The notes under the pieces: generated by a model
The model's database searches: none
What the model was told of the DNA's origin: nothing
The model's input: only the letters and a program-made list of their open reading frames with translations
Origin: Eledone cirrhosa
Lineage: Eukaryota
Assembly: GCA_964016885.1 (NCBI GenBank)
Contig: OZ024751.1
Location: forward strand, 9,052,001-9,116,000
Length of the DNA: 64,000 nucleotides
Reading direction: 5' to 3'
Made by a program: the position numbers and the translations under genes
Part shown: positions 42,050 through 56,339 of the stretch, in pieces
How positions within the stretch are numbered: the first letter of the stretch is position 1
Layout: each line of letters begins with the position of its first letter

Positions 42050-42930
42050 AGAGGGATAGAGAAAAAGACAACCAGAGATACCAGAGTGTCATGTTTGTGG
42101 ACGCTACCCCCGGAGGGAAATTAGCTAACCAGTGTAGAAAGGCCCTGATAAAGACCCACTTAAAAATTAAGGTGGTAGAAAAGCCAGGAACCACCATAAA
42201 GTCCCTGATCAGCAAAACCTACCCTTTTAAGAAAACCCACTGTACCAATAGGAAGTGTATCATATGTAAGGTAAACCCCCGGATAAACTGTAAAACTAGA
42301 AACGTAGTATATAGCATAAGATGTACAGAGGGTACTTGCAGAAACATGACAACAACATACATAGGTGAGACAGCTCGTAGCATAGGGGAAAGGATAGACC
42401 GACACTGGGGGGAACTAAAACGACGAAAAAACGGGTCAGTACGATACGAACATGCTAGACAACAACATGACGGTAACATAGACAACATAGAAATTAGAAT
42501 AATATCTAAACATAGAAATGACCCAGCAGATAGGCATATCAGAGAGGCCAGTGAAATAGAAATTAGAAGGCCAAAACTAAACAGAAAGAATGAATGGAAT
42601 AACAACAACACCCAAACAAACAACACTGGCCTAAGAGAAGTATAAATAAGTAAATAAAATAAAATAAAATAAAATAAAATAAATAAATAAATAAATACAT
42701 ACACAAACACAATAACAACAAGCACATAAACACACACTAGTCACCCATCACACAGCAAACAAAACACTACACACACGCAAACACATGCGCAAAGAAGACA
42801 ACATAAAATAAACAAACAAGCAAATAAATAAATAAATATATAGACAGACTGAATAAAAATGACGTAGACATATAATACAACAGGAGGAAACGATAACACC
42901 ACTGACGATGTTGCAGATGTGCAACGAAAG
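42050..42930 (+). mobile_element. 5'-truncated Neptune-like PLE: Cys linker + GIY-YIG endonuclease (frame ends 42645), AC-rich 3'UTR, partial HHR core at 42902-42929
   Basis: CTNRKCIIC linker, NVVYSIRC..C...YIGETARSIGER, two His (CCHH), REASEI, PKLN; CTGACGA-T-GTTGCA-GATG-TGCAAC-GAAA. Confidence 0.85.
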
Positions 42931-42949
42931 ATTTATGAAAAACTATATA

Positions 42950-43204
42950 TATGTGTTTATGTCTATATTGTATCTGTATTATTTTTGACCTTCAGTCAGT
43001 CAATGGCAGCATTGAGGACCGAGTAAGTTAGATTAGCGATATAAAAGACACAGAAGCGAGAAGCGAAAACCAACCAAACAGTGAGTGTGTTCTGTTATTA
43101 ATTCTGGCAATATTACACAAATATGACCCTCCCCAAGTATAACAATATTTGTTTAGACACATGATTTCATATAAAAAACTTCGCAAAACTAATTCATCGC
43201 CGCT
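42950..43204 (+). mobile_element. Copy of the 19115/34595 TA-anchored repeat family
   Basis: Matches the reverse complement of 34595-34836; ends in (TA)n. Confidence 0.75.
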
Positions 43205-43229
43205 ATGTATATATATGTATATATATATG

Positions 43230-43261
<32 letters not shown>

Positions 43262-43273
43262 TATATCTATATA

Positions 43274-43348
<75 letters not shown>

Positions 43349-43575
43349 AGATATATATATATATGCATATATATGTATAGATATATATATGTATATTTAT
43401 ATATATGTATATATAAGTCTATATGTATATATATATATAAATATATATATGTATATATATATGTATAAGTATATATGTATGTATATGTTTATATATGTAT
43501 ATATAAGTATATATATATGTATATATATATATATGTATATGTATATATATGTATGTATGTATAAGTATATATATG

Positions 43576-43653
<78 letters not shown>

Positions 43654-43806
43654 TATATCTATATATATATATGTATATATATATATATAAGTATGTATAA
43701 ATATATGTATATATATATATATGTATATGTATATATATGTATATATATATATGTATGTATAACTAAATATATACGTATGTATCTATATATGTATGTATAT
43801 ATATTA

Positions 43807-44090
43807 TGTCAGGACACCAGTTGGTGCTACTGGTAACATGTATCCCAGTACAACCTGTCTCATGGTCGGGTTGTTGGCGACTAAACTGGCAACCCCACCA
43901 AGGTTTCTTGGTGAGAAGGGTGACTTTGGACATCCTGCAGGACTAATAACAACACCTGTCAAAGGGCAAAGGAGTTCTTAAGAGTCAATGGCCATCCAAA
44001 ACCACCTGGGTAGATGATCCCTTAGCCTTTGTCAAGGCAGAATTCTAAGAGAAGGAAAACTGTGATATAACACCTGCTACCCTGATGGTA
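43807..44090 (+). mobile_element. 5' half of the bipartite RTE derivative
   Basis: TGTCAGG..CACCAGTTGGTGCTACTGGTAACATG... matches the reverse complement of 37463-37746. Confidence 0.85.
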
Positions 44091-44117
44091 TATATATATG
44101 TATATATATATATGTAT

Positions 44118-45180
44118 AAGTCTTTATTAGCCAACAATGTTTCGTCCTATTAAGGACTCATCAGGGCAATTAAAACAACAAGAAGTATTATCGGCCAATA
44201 CAAGCCGAAAACTCCGAAGAATATGGTGTGTACATACACTAAAGCATTGCAAGATTATGGGTAAAAATATATAATAAAAATCACTAAGGAGGTGTATAAC
44301 ATTTAGAACCATATTACAAATATAGTCCAAAGCAAAAAAAACCTAGAGCTAAACAAAGGTGGTTATATAGAGCGGGAATTATATATAATACTATATAATA
44401 TAATATAATATACTTGTTACAATATTAAAATTACAATAAAAATTAAAAGGTACAACATACATATGTATATATGTACGCGCACGTACGCACATATACACAT
44501 ATCCATCTTCGACAGCACAAATTAAACCTTATTAAGAGTTTAAATAAATAAGCATGATAGGAATAAAAATAATAATAATAATAATAATACGTATATCTAA
44601 TATACATGAGGTAATAATATGATATGATTATAAGTAGCACATATAATATATAATAAACTATTATGTGTATATGTGCGTACGTGTGCGTACATATATACAT
44701 ATGTATATTGTACCTTTTAATTTTTATTGTAATTTTAATATTGTAACAAGTATATTATATTATATTATATAGTATTATATATAATTCCCGCTCTATATAA
44801 CCACCTTTGTTTAGCTCTAGGTTTTTTTTGCTTTGGACTATATTTGTAATATGGTTCTAAATGTTATACACGTCCTTAGTGAATTTTATTATATATTTTT
44901 ACCCATAATCTTGCAATACTTTAGTGTATGTACACTCCATATTCTTCGGAGTTTTCGGCTTGTATTGGCCGATAATACTTCTTGTTGTTTTAATTGCCCA
45001 GATGAGTCCTTAATAGGACGAAACATTGTTGGCTAATAAAGACTTTTGATGTATTGAAGGCTTCTTTGTTTTACTGTCATAATTCTTCGGCTCTGTTTAA
45101 TTACATTGAGCTATACCTTTTACTGTCATTTATATAATACGAAGAGGGTGTTTAACTCCAACACGCTCCAGTATTTTAAT

Positions 45181-45183
<3 letters not shown>
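44118..45183 (+). mobile_element. Fold-back pLTR element with ~385-bp arms (44118-44501 / 44662-45045) and 3' tail
   Basis: Reverse-complement arms (ORF track shows near-identical peptides at 44127-44330 and 44833-45036); tail into (TA)n. Confidence 0.85.
44130..44167 (-). ncRNA. Canonical minimal type I hammerhead
   Basis: GCC-CTGATGA-GTCCT-TAAT-AGGAC-GAAAC-ATT-GTT-GGC; mirror copy 44996-45033 has CAGATGA. Confidence 0.85.
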
Positions 45184-45221
<38 letters not shown>

Positions 45222-45375
45222 GGTATATGTATATATATACATGTATATATATAAAAATATATATACGTTTATAAATATATATATATATATATATGAATGA
45301 GTATGTGTATTTTAACGGTTATTAATGTATGTATATATATATATATAATATGTATCTGAATGAGTATATGTATGC

Positions 45376-45418
<43 letters not shown>

Positions 45419-45559
45419 TATATACTCATTCAGATTCACATTATATAGATATCTACATACATGTATAACCGTTAAAATACACATACTCATTCATATGTAT
45501 ATATATATTTATAAACGTATATATATTTATATATATACATATATATATATACATATACC

Positions 45560-45609
<50 letters not shown>

Positions 45610-45679
45610 CATATATATGCATATATGCATATATGTATATATACAGTATATACAGTATACACAGTATATATATATATAT

Positions 45680-45800
45680 GGTGAAGGCGTGTGGCTGAGT
45701 GGTTAGAGAATTGGATTCGCAATCGTAAGGGTGTGAGTTCGATTCCTGGACCAAGGGATGCGTTATGTCCTTGAGCAAGACACTTTATTTAACGTTGCTT
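45680..45800 (+). mobile_element. tRNA-derived CORE-like SINE, 5' part
   Basis: A box TGGCTGAGTGG, B box GTTCGATTCC, TGTCCTTGAGCAAGACACTT. Confidence 0.8.
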
Positions 45801-45898
45801 CTTCTACCTGGAGTTGCGACCGATAGATAGTATTAGCAATTGGAAAGACCAACGGAAACATTGTTCCCTCGGTCCGATATGTCGAAAGTCGATCGTTC

Positions 45899-45935
<37 letters not shown>

Positions 45936-46020
45936 AGTATATATGTATATATATATATATATATATTCATATACTAACATCACATAGATATATATATATA
46001 TACATACATATTTATATATT

Positions 46021-46066
<46 letters not shown>

Positions 46067-46364
46067 AGTAAAAAGGAAAAGAAAATGCTGGCAAATTTTT
46101 CCCAGTGAAAAGTAGTTTAATTAGGAATAAGTATAAATTAGTAATAAGTATTGGTTAGTATTCAGTTTTAGTTTTAAGTTTTTCCGGTTGCACATTTCTA
46201 ATGCTTTTCAAAAATAACTTTGAGATAGAGCGCTCGTGATATTTGCAAACCATACTGTTCAGTGCTCGCAATCTATTGTAAAACTCATTCTTTGATTTAT
46301 TCATTGAACCTTGTTTAACCTTTAAATATATATGTATATATATATGTATATATATGTATGTATA

Positions 46365-46440
<76 letters not shown>

Positions 46441-46504
46441 TGTATGTATATATAAATACACATATATATATATATTTATATATATATATATATATAAATA
46501 CATA

Positions 46505-46601
<97 letters not shown>

Positions 46602-46733
46602 GTATGTATATATATATATATATATATATACTCATATATATAAACTCATATATACGCATATATATATATATATTCATTCAGATACACATTATATATATAC
46701 ATACACGTATAACCGTAAAAATACACGTACACA

Positions 46734-46779
<46 letters not shown>

Positions 46780-46803
46780 TGTGTATATATATATGTGTAA
46801 TGT

Positions 46804-46837
<34 letters not shown>

Positions 46838-46865
46838 ATGTAGGTATATATATATATATGTATAT

Positions 46866-46900
<35 letters not shown>

Positions 46901-47078
46901 CATATATATATATATAAATATATGTATATATATAAATATGCATGTATATATATATATATATGTAATGTATGTATATATATATATATATTTGTATGTAGGT
47001 ATATATATATATATTTATATATACATGCATACATATATACATATATATATATATATGTATATATATACATATATATAC

Positions 47079-47203
<125 letters not shown>

Positions 47204-47503
47204 AAAAGCGAGGAGAGAGGTAGGCAGGGAGAAACCGTGAGAGACTTTTTGTTCTCTCATCCTGCATTACCTGTCGTTTCCGTGTTTCTTGCTGTGTAAC
47301 ATTTAGCTGCTAATATTTCTATTACGTTTATTTTTTTCAGTTTTATATAATACACAATGGCTTGCCACTTTTTTCTGCTGCCTTTGATGAGGACGGCAGA
47401 AAAAAATCTCTTTTAATCAGTCAATAGTCTATTGTGTCCCAACCCATATAAAATTTCTTGTTTAGATACGAATTTTTTGCCTTATCACCTTATTTCTCAG
47501 TCC

Positions 47504-47507
<4 letters not shown>

Positions 47508-47602
<95 letters not shown>

Positions 47603-47612
47603 TCTCTCTCTC
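47508..47612. repeat. (CT)n microsatellite
   Basis: Direct reading. Confidence 0.95.
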
Positions 47613-47765
47613 TATCACTTAGTCTTATATCTAACAATGGAATATATACGCATTGTATATACGTAAGTACGTGTATATATATATACTTATATATATAGTA
47701 TATTAAGTATCAGCCGCACTAAGAGTGAGAAATGAAATTTTATTTTTTGCATTTATATATATATA

Positions 47766-47969
<204 letters not shown>

Positions 47970-48889
47970 AGTATATACATATATATATACGTATTTTTGT
48001 TTGGATATATATATATATTTATATATATTTGTATATATATATATATACGTATGTGGGGATATATATATATATATATATATACATTTTTATTTCTGTATTG
48101 ATACTTATATATATATATATCTTATATATACATATGTGTGTGTATTTATATGTATTTATATATACGTATGTGTGTGTGTGTATATACATATGTTTATGTA
48201 CACACACACATACACGCACAGCCATACGTACATACATACATACATGCATACATACATACATGCATACTTATTCTTGATGGTATTCATCACTTCATAATTT
48301 ACCTTATTTTTCTCATTGCTTGACGAACTTCTATTGTTTGGAAGAATATTTTTCTTCATTAATATCCTTCATCTGTTTGTTTATCCGTAATCCATTGCAA
48401 TTTTTATTTCATCTTTCTTTTTTCCCATATTTTTTTTATTGTAATTCTCATTTATTAATTATAAGTTGTCTCCAGCAAACATTATTTCAACGATTTACTT
48501 ATTTGGCTTTTTCCAATGTATTAGTTGTTTGCACATTATGGTATTTCGTATAGAATAAAAATAAATATAATCACTTGATAGGGTTTTGTATGACTGTCTG
48601 TTCTACTCATATTCTTTATTCTGCCAATAATTCTATTATATACATTGACAAGGCATTTCACTGTTTCACATGTGTGGAAGGGGAGATCTCCCATTTGGAG
48701 TGGGCGAGAGAATTCTTCTCTTGTGTAAATGGATATAGTTTTATGTAAAATCTCCACATTTCTCCCCGTTTAGGGCCACTTTTTTTCATGGTCTTTATAG
48801 ATTGACAGATCTGCATGTGTGTAAATTTCTCCCACATAGAAATGTAGACAGTTAAGGCTATTATTATATATTTGTAACAATAGCCGTAA

Positions 48890-49078
48890 CTGAGGTGGAT
48901 TGGCAGTATCGGTAGAGGGTCGGACGCCATGCTTTCCAGCATAGTTACGTCCCTTTACGATATGAGTTCAAATCCCGCCGAGGTTGACTTTGCCTTTCAT
49001 CCTTACGGGGTCGATAAAATAAAGTACCACTAATGCACTGGGATAATTGTTGGCCTTGTGTCAAAAGTAGAAATAATT
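48890..49078 (+). mobile_element. Full-length tRNA-derived SINE
   Basis: GGATTGGCAGTATCGG...GAGTTCAAATCCCGCCGAGGTTGACTTTGCCTTTCATCCTTACGGGGTCGATAAAATAAAGTACCA...AAAAGTAGAAA. Confidence 0.9.
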
Positions 49079-50467
49079 ATATATGTGTAATGAAAGTGAT
49101 AACATGTCTCTATGCTTCTGTTACTGTCGTTCGAAAGTCAGATCCTTGAAATGTTCAGCTTTTCCCTTCTCATGATAATAGAACTCATAGAAAGAACACT
49201 GTAATGAACGTAACAATTCATATGTATATAATCACCAGATCGGTCGTATGTTAGCGTATCAGAAATGAGTGAGGCCGTATAGGACGCCAGTATCAGTATG
49301 TTAGTTCAGTTAGATATCAATATATACATGATATTACGTGGTTGAGTGAGGAACAGTTTTAATTACCAAGGAGTATTGTCTGATAACTTGATCAGGCAGC
49401 TTCGAGACTTAGGTTGGTATCAAAAACACGATATGTATAACAAGAGATTGGAAGTGTTATGAGACTAAATACATCAGAAGAAACATTTTCTACTGATGTG
49501 TAAGAGAAAGTCACAGACAAAAATTATAACACCTATGGATCACTGCTTGGAAATCTAGGTATATATGATACTTATATATATTTCTATATTTTATACTGTT
49601 ATATATTATATATGTCTATATGTTATACTTATTGAATATATTATATATATTTCTATATATTATAAATATAATATCATATATATTTCTATGTATTTTACTT
49701 ATAGTATATATTATATATATTATATATATTTATATTTTATACTTGTATATATTATATTTCTATATATTATAACTATCTATGTCATATATTTCTATATAGT
49801 ATACATACTATATGTATTATAGATATATCTACGTATTAAACTTGATTTATATATTATATATTTATATATGTTATACTTATTAATGCAACTGATGTGAGAT
49901 TAAAGGTTAACTTAATGACGATATTGAATATAAATTGCTTTCCTGGGTAAACAAAATTCATCAACCTAGAAACGTCAAATGATTTGCTTCGCCGAAATAG
50001 TTCGTACACAACCATTTCCTTACGATGAATTTCTCTCCCTGTGAACTATGAACTAACTGTTATCAATGAAGCTACGAAGAAATTAGCTTATAACAAAGTA
50101 TTTCTGGATTTTACAGTAATATATAATTATTGAGGAAAAATACCAGAGACTGTGAGTGTAGAGATTAGAAGATATGAGCTGAGGAGGGAGAATGTGAGAC
50201 AGGCCGGAAAATGGCGTTATAATTTTAAACCGGTAATTCTTAAATATTTTCCTCGGTGCGCTCTTCCAGATAGTTTCATGGGTTATGACACTCTTAGTTA
50301 AATTTGCAAGATTAAGGGGATAAAGATGCTAGATAAATGGTGCAATTAAAGTTAGAAGTGATCATATCCGTACCTTAAGATAACAAAATATTAAACAATA
50401 TGACATCTCTAATTTAACAATGTCTACCAAGATAACACAAGAACAGTGTACATCAGTACCGTTTTTA

Positions 50468-51711
50468 CTTGTGTCCTTCTGTCCGTTAGATTTAAGGGAC
50501 GTAACTCTCTTCTTCCTATAAATACATTTTCGTTTCTTATACCACATTCAAGCAGGACTGGCGATTCCATAAATGCCTCTACAATGGTTACGTTAAGATA
50601 TCGTGTTGGCACAACAACAATCCCTTCTATAAAACAATGTAGAAGTGATAAAATAGACTCGATTTATTACTAGCACTTTCTTTTTCGGTCTGGTAAGAGT
50701 GAAATTGAAACCAACCCCACTTCCAACAGAATGGTACTTCATTAAAACGAGTATTTGCAGAAATGCATAGGTGAGACAATAATGAATAGTTAAAGAAAAG
50801 AATAATTGTATTATGCATGTCTTATTTGGGTTGGCTTGGGTTTAGGTAGTAGACATATATTTATTTCAATGCAAACTATTACTTTCCACGAGAAACTCCA
50901 CTACATTAAGAGCAGTAAAGATTATCAAAACCAGGCATGTATTCACATCAGATTATTATGATCTTCTTCGTCCACTTATTCCTGCGAGGGTCATGAGAGC
51001 AGAGTATTCAAACACACCCTTCAGCGTGTCCTGTCAGAAGCATCCGTCTCCAACTGATCTGGCTGGATCCGCAAGTAAGACCAGCCAAGATCGTGGATGT
51101 TATCCATCCATCATGCTCGGGGTCTACCGATGGGTCTCTTGCCAGCTGGTTTTGCCCCTAAAATCTTTCAAGCGATTCTTTCCTAAAGCATTCTAACCAC
51201 ATGCCCATAATATCGGTGCTCTGGTCTCTCCATTCGAGAAGTAGCGGCTCTACCTAGAGTGACTTCCTGATCTCTGAACTACGCACTTTATCGAGTAACG
51301 TTACTCCAAAGACCCTTCACAGAAATCCCATTTCGGCCGCTTGTATTCGTGATCGTATTGCTTCGTTGATTCTCAATATTGATACTTTCTTGTTTCAAAT
51401 TCACATACCATCCCGATTAACTTCTTCGGTCCCTCCATCATGATTTCAAGAAACGTGAAACAATAATTCAATTTAGTTGATTCAATCGATTTTAAACTTG
51501 ATCTTCTGTCCTTTAGATTTAAGGTACACAACACGTTACGTCAAATTAATAAAAGCCCTTTCATTTATATTTATTCAGTTTTAATACCAATTCCAAGCAG
51601 GACCGACGACTGCATAAAGGGCTCTACAATGGCTACTTTGGGATTTCGTGTTTGTACAACAACACCTTCTATGAAAAGATGTAGAGTTGATAAAACAGAC
51701 TTGTCCAAGAA
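50468..51711. repeat. Old dispersed duplication (50468-50660 ~ 51504-51701)
   Basis: Shared TTCTGTCC.TTAGATTTAAGG, CAAGCAGGAC, CTCTACAATGG, ACAACAACA, GATAAAA.AGACT in the same order. Confidence 0.65.
50960..51375 (-). mobile_element. RTE-clade LINE 3' end (degenerate), different family from 19560-20928
   Basis: IQAAEMGFL, TLLDKVRSSEIR, YYGHVVRM, GKRPIGRPR with stops. Confidence 0.85.
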
Positions 51712-52319
51712 AGATAAAAGAATAATTTAATTTAGTTGATTCGATTTTAACCTTGAACCTCATGTAGAAAGAAGAAAACAAAAAAAAGAACACAACAGCT
51801 ATTCAAGTTCATGTTAAAAAACAAAGACGAATAAAACAATCAAAATGTTAAAATTTTTAAACATGGAGGTAACTAGATCACAGAGTAATGTTAACTACAT
51901 TCAAGCACTACTACAAATAAACATCGATATAATCTGATGGATTCCTTAGTAACTAAAGCAGATCGATAGTTTCTTCATATTTATATTACTTTTTGATTTC
52001 GTATTTGCTCTGTAAAATTTTGCAGACTGAAACCCGTTAACAGCAACACATCATTTTTCATGTGGTCTTTATTATCATTTCTCTCATTTCACGTATATTT
52101 ATTATTCCTGAGTCAAATACGGAAATTGGACAATTTCGTCGTCAAACATCAAAACGCGTCGGTTAGTTTGATCTTAAAACATATTCACACACAGACATAT
52201 ATATTTATATATATATATACACACACTTACACACATACACACACGCATATGCATAAATGTATAAGTATGTATATATAGTTATATATATTAATTTATATGT
52301 ATGCATATATATATATGTA

Positions 52320-52373
<54 letters not shown>

Positions 52374-52443
52374 TAAATGTGTGTGTATATGTATATATAG
52401 ATATGCGTTCACACACACAGATACACACACACACACAGAGACA

Positions 52444-52525
<82 letters not shown>

Positions 52526-52795
52526 TAGAGATGTTTTGTGGGATAATCATGCTTAGAAACAGTTGAGCATCAACGGAATATCCACTCACTACATATGACA
52601 GAATAAATATTTTATATTTCAAAGAAAAAAGTGATACTTTCGACTGCAAATCCGCTTAGTCCACAAAAACATAAGTCAATATTGATAATAGACTGTATGT
52701 GTAAGAATAAATAAAATTATATAGTTTCAGATCACGAAATCTGAAAATATTGTTAAATACACACAAATAAATATATTGAAACATACATAGATATC

Positions 52796-53760
52796 TTTCT
52801 TTATTTGCCACAGGGGCGTACAAAAATGGGATATTAAAAGACGGCGGGATGTTTACATAAAAATAACTTTAACATTAATTAATAACAATAAACTATACAT
52901 AATAAAATAACAATTGAAATCCCCAGTAGGGGGGAACGTTACTGCAGGGTTGTTTTACGCCCCGTGGATTGAACAAGCCTCAACACCAGGAACACGTTTT
53001 GTAGGTGCTCCTGTCTTCTCTCTGGTTATCTTCCTCAACCTACAGGTTTATATACAGAGAAGGCCCATTCACTCGGGCCATTTTTGCCACATTCACCCAC
53101 CACTCAGCGAATTTACTGGGGTGTAGCACCTCTCTCTCCACTCTCACCTTCCTTCTGAAGTGATACTTAAAGAAGGGAATAAGTTGTTGTCCGGAGAGAA
53201 AGGTGTTTGCCCTCAGTCCTTTTAACCTCGTCCACCATATTACCTCTTTCGCCATAGCTACCATACAAAGGAAAACCGCCTCTCCGTCGTTCTTAAATGA
53301 TGGCGGCGGGGTGATCCTCACGATAGACTCGGCTGACACGTGGATGCGTCCTACAGGTGACACCAGATGTTCGACATAATTCCACAAGTCGGTCATCCCT
53401 GGGCACTGAACAATTGCGTGCAGAACGATTTCGATGTCCTGCTCGCATCTTGGACAAGTTTTTTTGGCAGGATCTCTGCCAGGGCGTCCGTGCCTGTAGA
53501 TTTTGTCTCGAACTTGTAGAGCTCCTCGGTAGCACTGCCAGGCCAGAGACATATGGAAGTTATCAATAGGCTCTGGACGAAAAGTCGTCCCGAACAGACT
53601 GGTCAGTTCGTCCTCCTCGATGCCTAAATTTTCCCAAAGAATGTCGTCGCACTTATCCTCCACTAATCCCCTATAGAATGTCGAATTGGAGTCTCCGCTG
53701 ATTGCCGTTTCCGCTTTGTAGAGGCCCGAGAGCGCCTGTAGGCACTGGAGGTGCCATGGA
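52796..53760 (-). mobile_element. Tx1/L1-group LINE 3' end; ORF2 C-terminal zinc-knuckle frame 53040-53663
   Basis: SLAWQCYRGAL, CPRC-x7-H-x4-CP...W (zf-RVT-like); 3'UTR ends AATAAAGAAAG. Confidence 0.8.
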
Positions 53761-54492
53761 TAGTCATAGATAGTTTTGCGTCGTATTCAAAACTACATTT
53801 GTGTTGTAGATTTCATATATACATATATGTGTGTGTGTGTATAGGGATATGTATTTTGAAGAAGATGCCTCACATCTATTCTCCTCCGGTGTATATATAT
53901 ATATATGAGGAGTTAATTGTATCATACCGTAACAAACGATCACGGGTGGTTTGACCCTTTCTCCTAACACTCTTACGTTGGTGTAACAGCACTGGAGATA
54001 ATATCATTGTAAATCTTCTTCTGGTTTCCAGTTTAGCGTGGATCCCTTTTCCCTGTCCTATAAGCATATAGTCACTACAGTTTTCTGTGTTCATGAGAAG
54101 GAACTTCTATGCTTTTAAATATGATTTTAAATGTCAGAATTATGGTTATCTTCTTAGGTAAAATTGTTATTACTCCTACAGTATATTTACCTGGCGTGAG
54201 GCATATCATTTTGTCTAAATTGACATATCTAATCAGTCAAAATATTATTAGAAAAAGGTTTTCGAATTAGAGATGTCTGTGTAGATCAGCAGTGAATAAT
54301 GTATTGGAAAATATCAATGTTCCGACAACAATACAAAGATTGATCAATCATTTTATTTGGCTGAGTCAAATATTATTTCAATACAAAATAAATACATTAG
54401 TTCATAGTACACCACAACCTGAGGTGTGGAACATTCATCTCCATGTGAAGGTAACACCGTAACAGCGTGTGTCTATACATACACACAGACAT

Positions 54493-54542
<50 letters not shown>

Positions 54543-54565
54543 TTATGTATGCATATATATATATA

Positions 54566-54667
<102 letters not shown>

Positions 54668-54681
54668 TATGTATGCAGATA

Positions 54682-54725
<44 letters not shown>

Positions 54726-54763
54726 ATTAAATAAATGGAAAACTATATTTATAAAACCATATT

Positions 54764-54829
54764 TATTTCATTATATATATTTCGGGGATATCATATTAAC
54801 AATATGCTATGCCTTCATCAGACAAAATA
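54764..54829 (-). ncRNA. Type I hammerhead motif in the 3' pLTR (sense to the ORF)
   Basis: TATTTTGT-CTGATGA-AGGCATAGCATATT-GTT-AATATGATATCCCC-GAAATATATAT-A-ATGAAATA. Confidence 0.7.
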
Positions 54830-56339
54830 CAATATAAACAGTTTTATAGATAAATATATTCGACATACCGTAATAAACATCAACTTCATTTGAAGAGGTT
54901 TACTCTAGCAGTGAAAATACAGAGAGAAAGAAAGAGAGAAAGAAAAGAGGGAAAAAAGAAAGAAAGAAAGACAAAACGAAGAAGAGGAAGAAAAAGAAGA
55001 AAAAGAAAAAGAAAAAGAAAAAGAAAAAGAAGAAATGCATGGGACAAAATAGAGAGATGGAAAAATAGATAAAGCGAAGAGCTTCATGTAAAGAGACAGA
55101 AAGAGATATATATATATATAAAGAGAGGAAATAGAGATAGATACATATATATATATAGAGAGAAAATTAGGTAGTGGGAGGTCAATTTTGAGTAAGTGTA
55201 TCAATGATACATTTATTTATTTATTTATTTATTTAGCTCAAGTATTAATGTAAGGGAGATATATAGAGAGATATAGAGAGATATATAGAGAGAAAAAATT
55301 TAAAAATAGCCAGACAAATTCGAGGCGTAGAAAACCCTATGTTTTAATGTATTAGTATTTATAAAACTTACACTATATTGTAAATATCAGTATTCCTGAA
55401 TGAAACAAGTATTCACAATGTGTGAAAATTCATTATCTTATGTTTAGTTTTAAAAAAATTCATATGTTTATGTGACAGCTACAAACATCAATGTGAATCC
55501 AACTGATTCACTCAGCAAACTTTTAGTTACCGGAAAACATTCTCAGTGTGGTATAAAAATTTGAGCGTATTATTATTCTTGCGATTACTCTACAAGATTA
55601 TCTATCAAGCAGAAATAGAGAGCAGATTTCAATATATTAATCGAAAATATATATTATATTATAAACAAAGATAACAATAATAATAATAATAAGTAAAAAT
55701 ATATAAAAAATATAGAATAGAAAACTAAAAAAAATATATTACGAAAGAATATTACATAATAAAAATATTGCATATTAAAATACTACGTATTAAAAAATAT
55801 TACGTATTAAAAATTTACATATAAAAATATTTTTTTTAAAAAAATATTTAAAAAAAAAAAAAAAAAAAAAAAAAATATTATAGAATACTACAATACTAAA
55901 AACTAAAAGAATAAAAATAAAAATAAAAATAAAAATAAAAATGGAAATAAAAATAAACCACAAAGAACAACCCTTCAAAGTTAATTGACAATATATTGCC
56001 AAGTTCATTACAAGACAAAGCCAAAAATTATCTATCAAATCACATCTAGCAAAGAATATCGCAAAAAGATTATGATGTCCAATAATGTCTACATATGTTC
56101 CTATATTTAATATAGAAGTTTATCTAGTGTAAGGTTAATTCAAAAAAAAATTTGGAGCATCGGCTTTTAGGGTAGCTTAATTTTTCATGAGGAATGTTTA
56201 GATAAAAAATAAAAAATAAAAAATAAAAATAAATAAAATAAAATAAACAATAGAAAGAGTAAAAAGAGGGAATCAAAGATTTAGGAATCAAAAGATTTAT
56301 CGGCTAGTTCTCATATAAATATAAATCAAACTAAATATA

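Noticed and set aside
41860-42050. N-terminal 60 aa of the 261-aa ORF
   Set aside because: No PLE similarity evident; probably fortuitous open frame upstream of the truncation
45680-45752. Possible tRNA gene
   Set aside because: A/B boxes run directly into a CORE-like SINE body; no complete acceptor stem
54890-55072. Lys/Arg-rich protamine-like ORF
   Set aside because: Antisense translation of the pyrimidine-rich PLE 3'UTR
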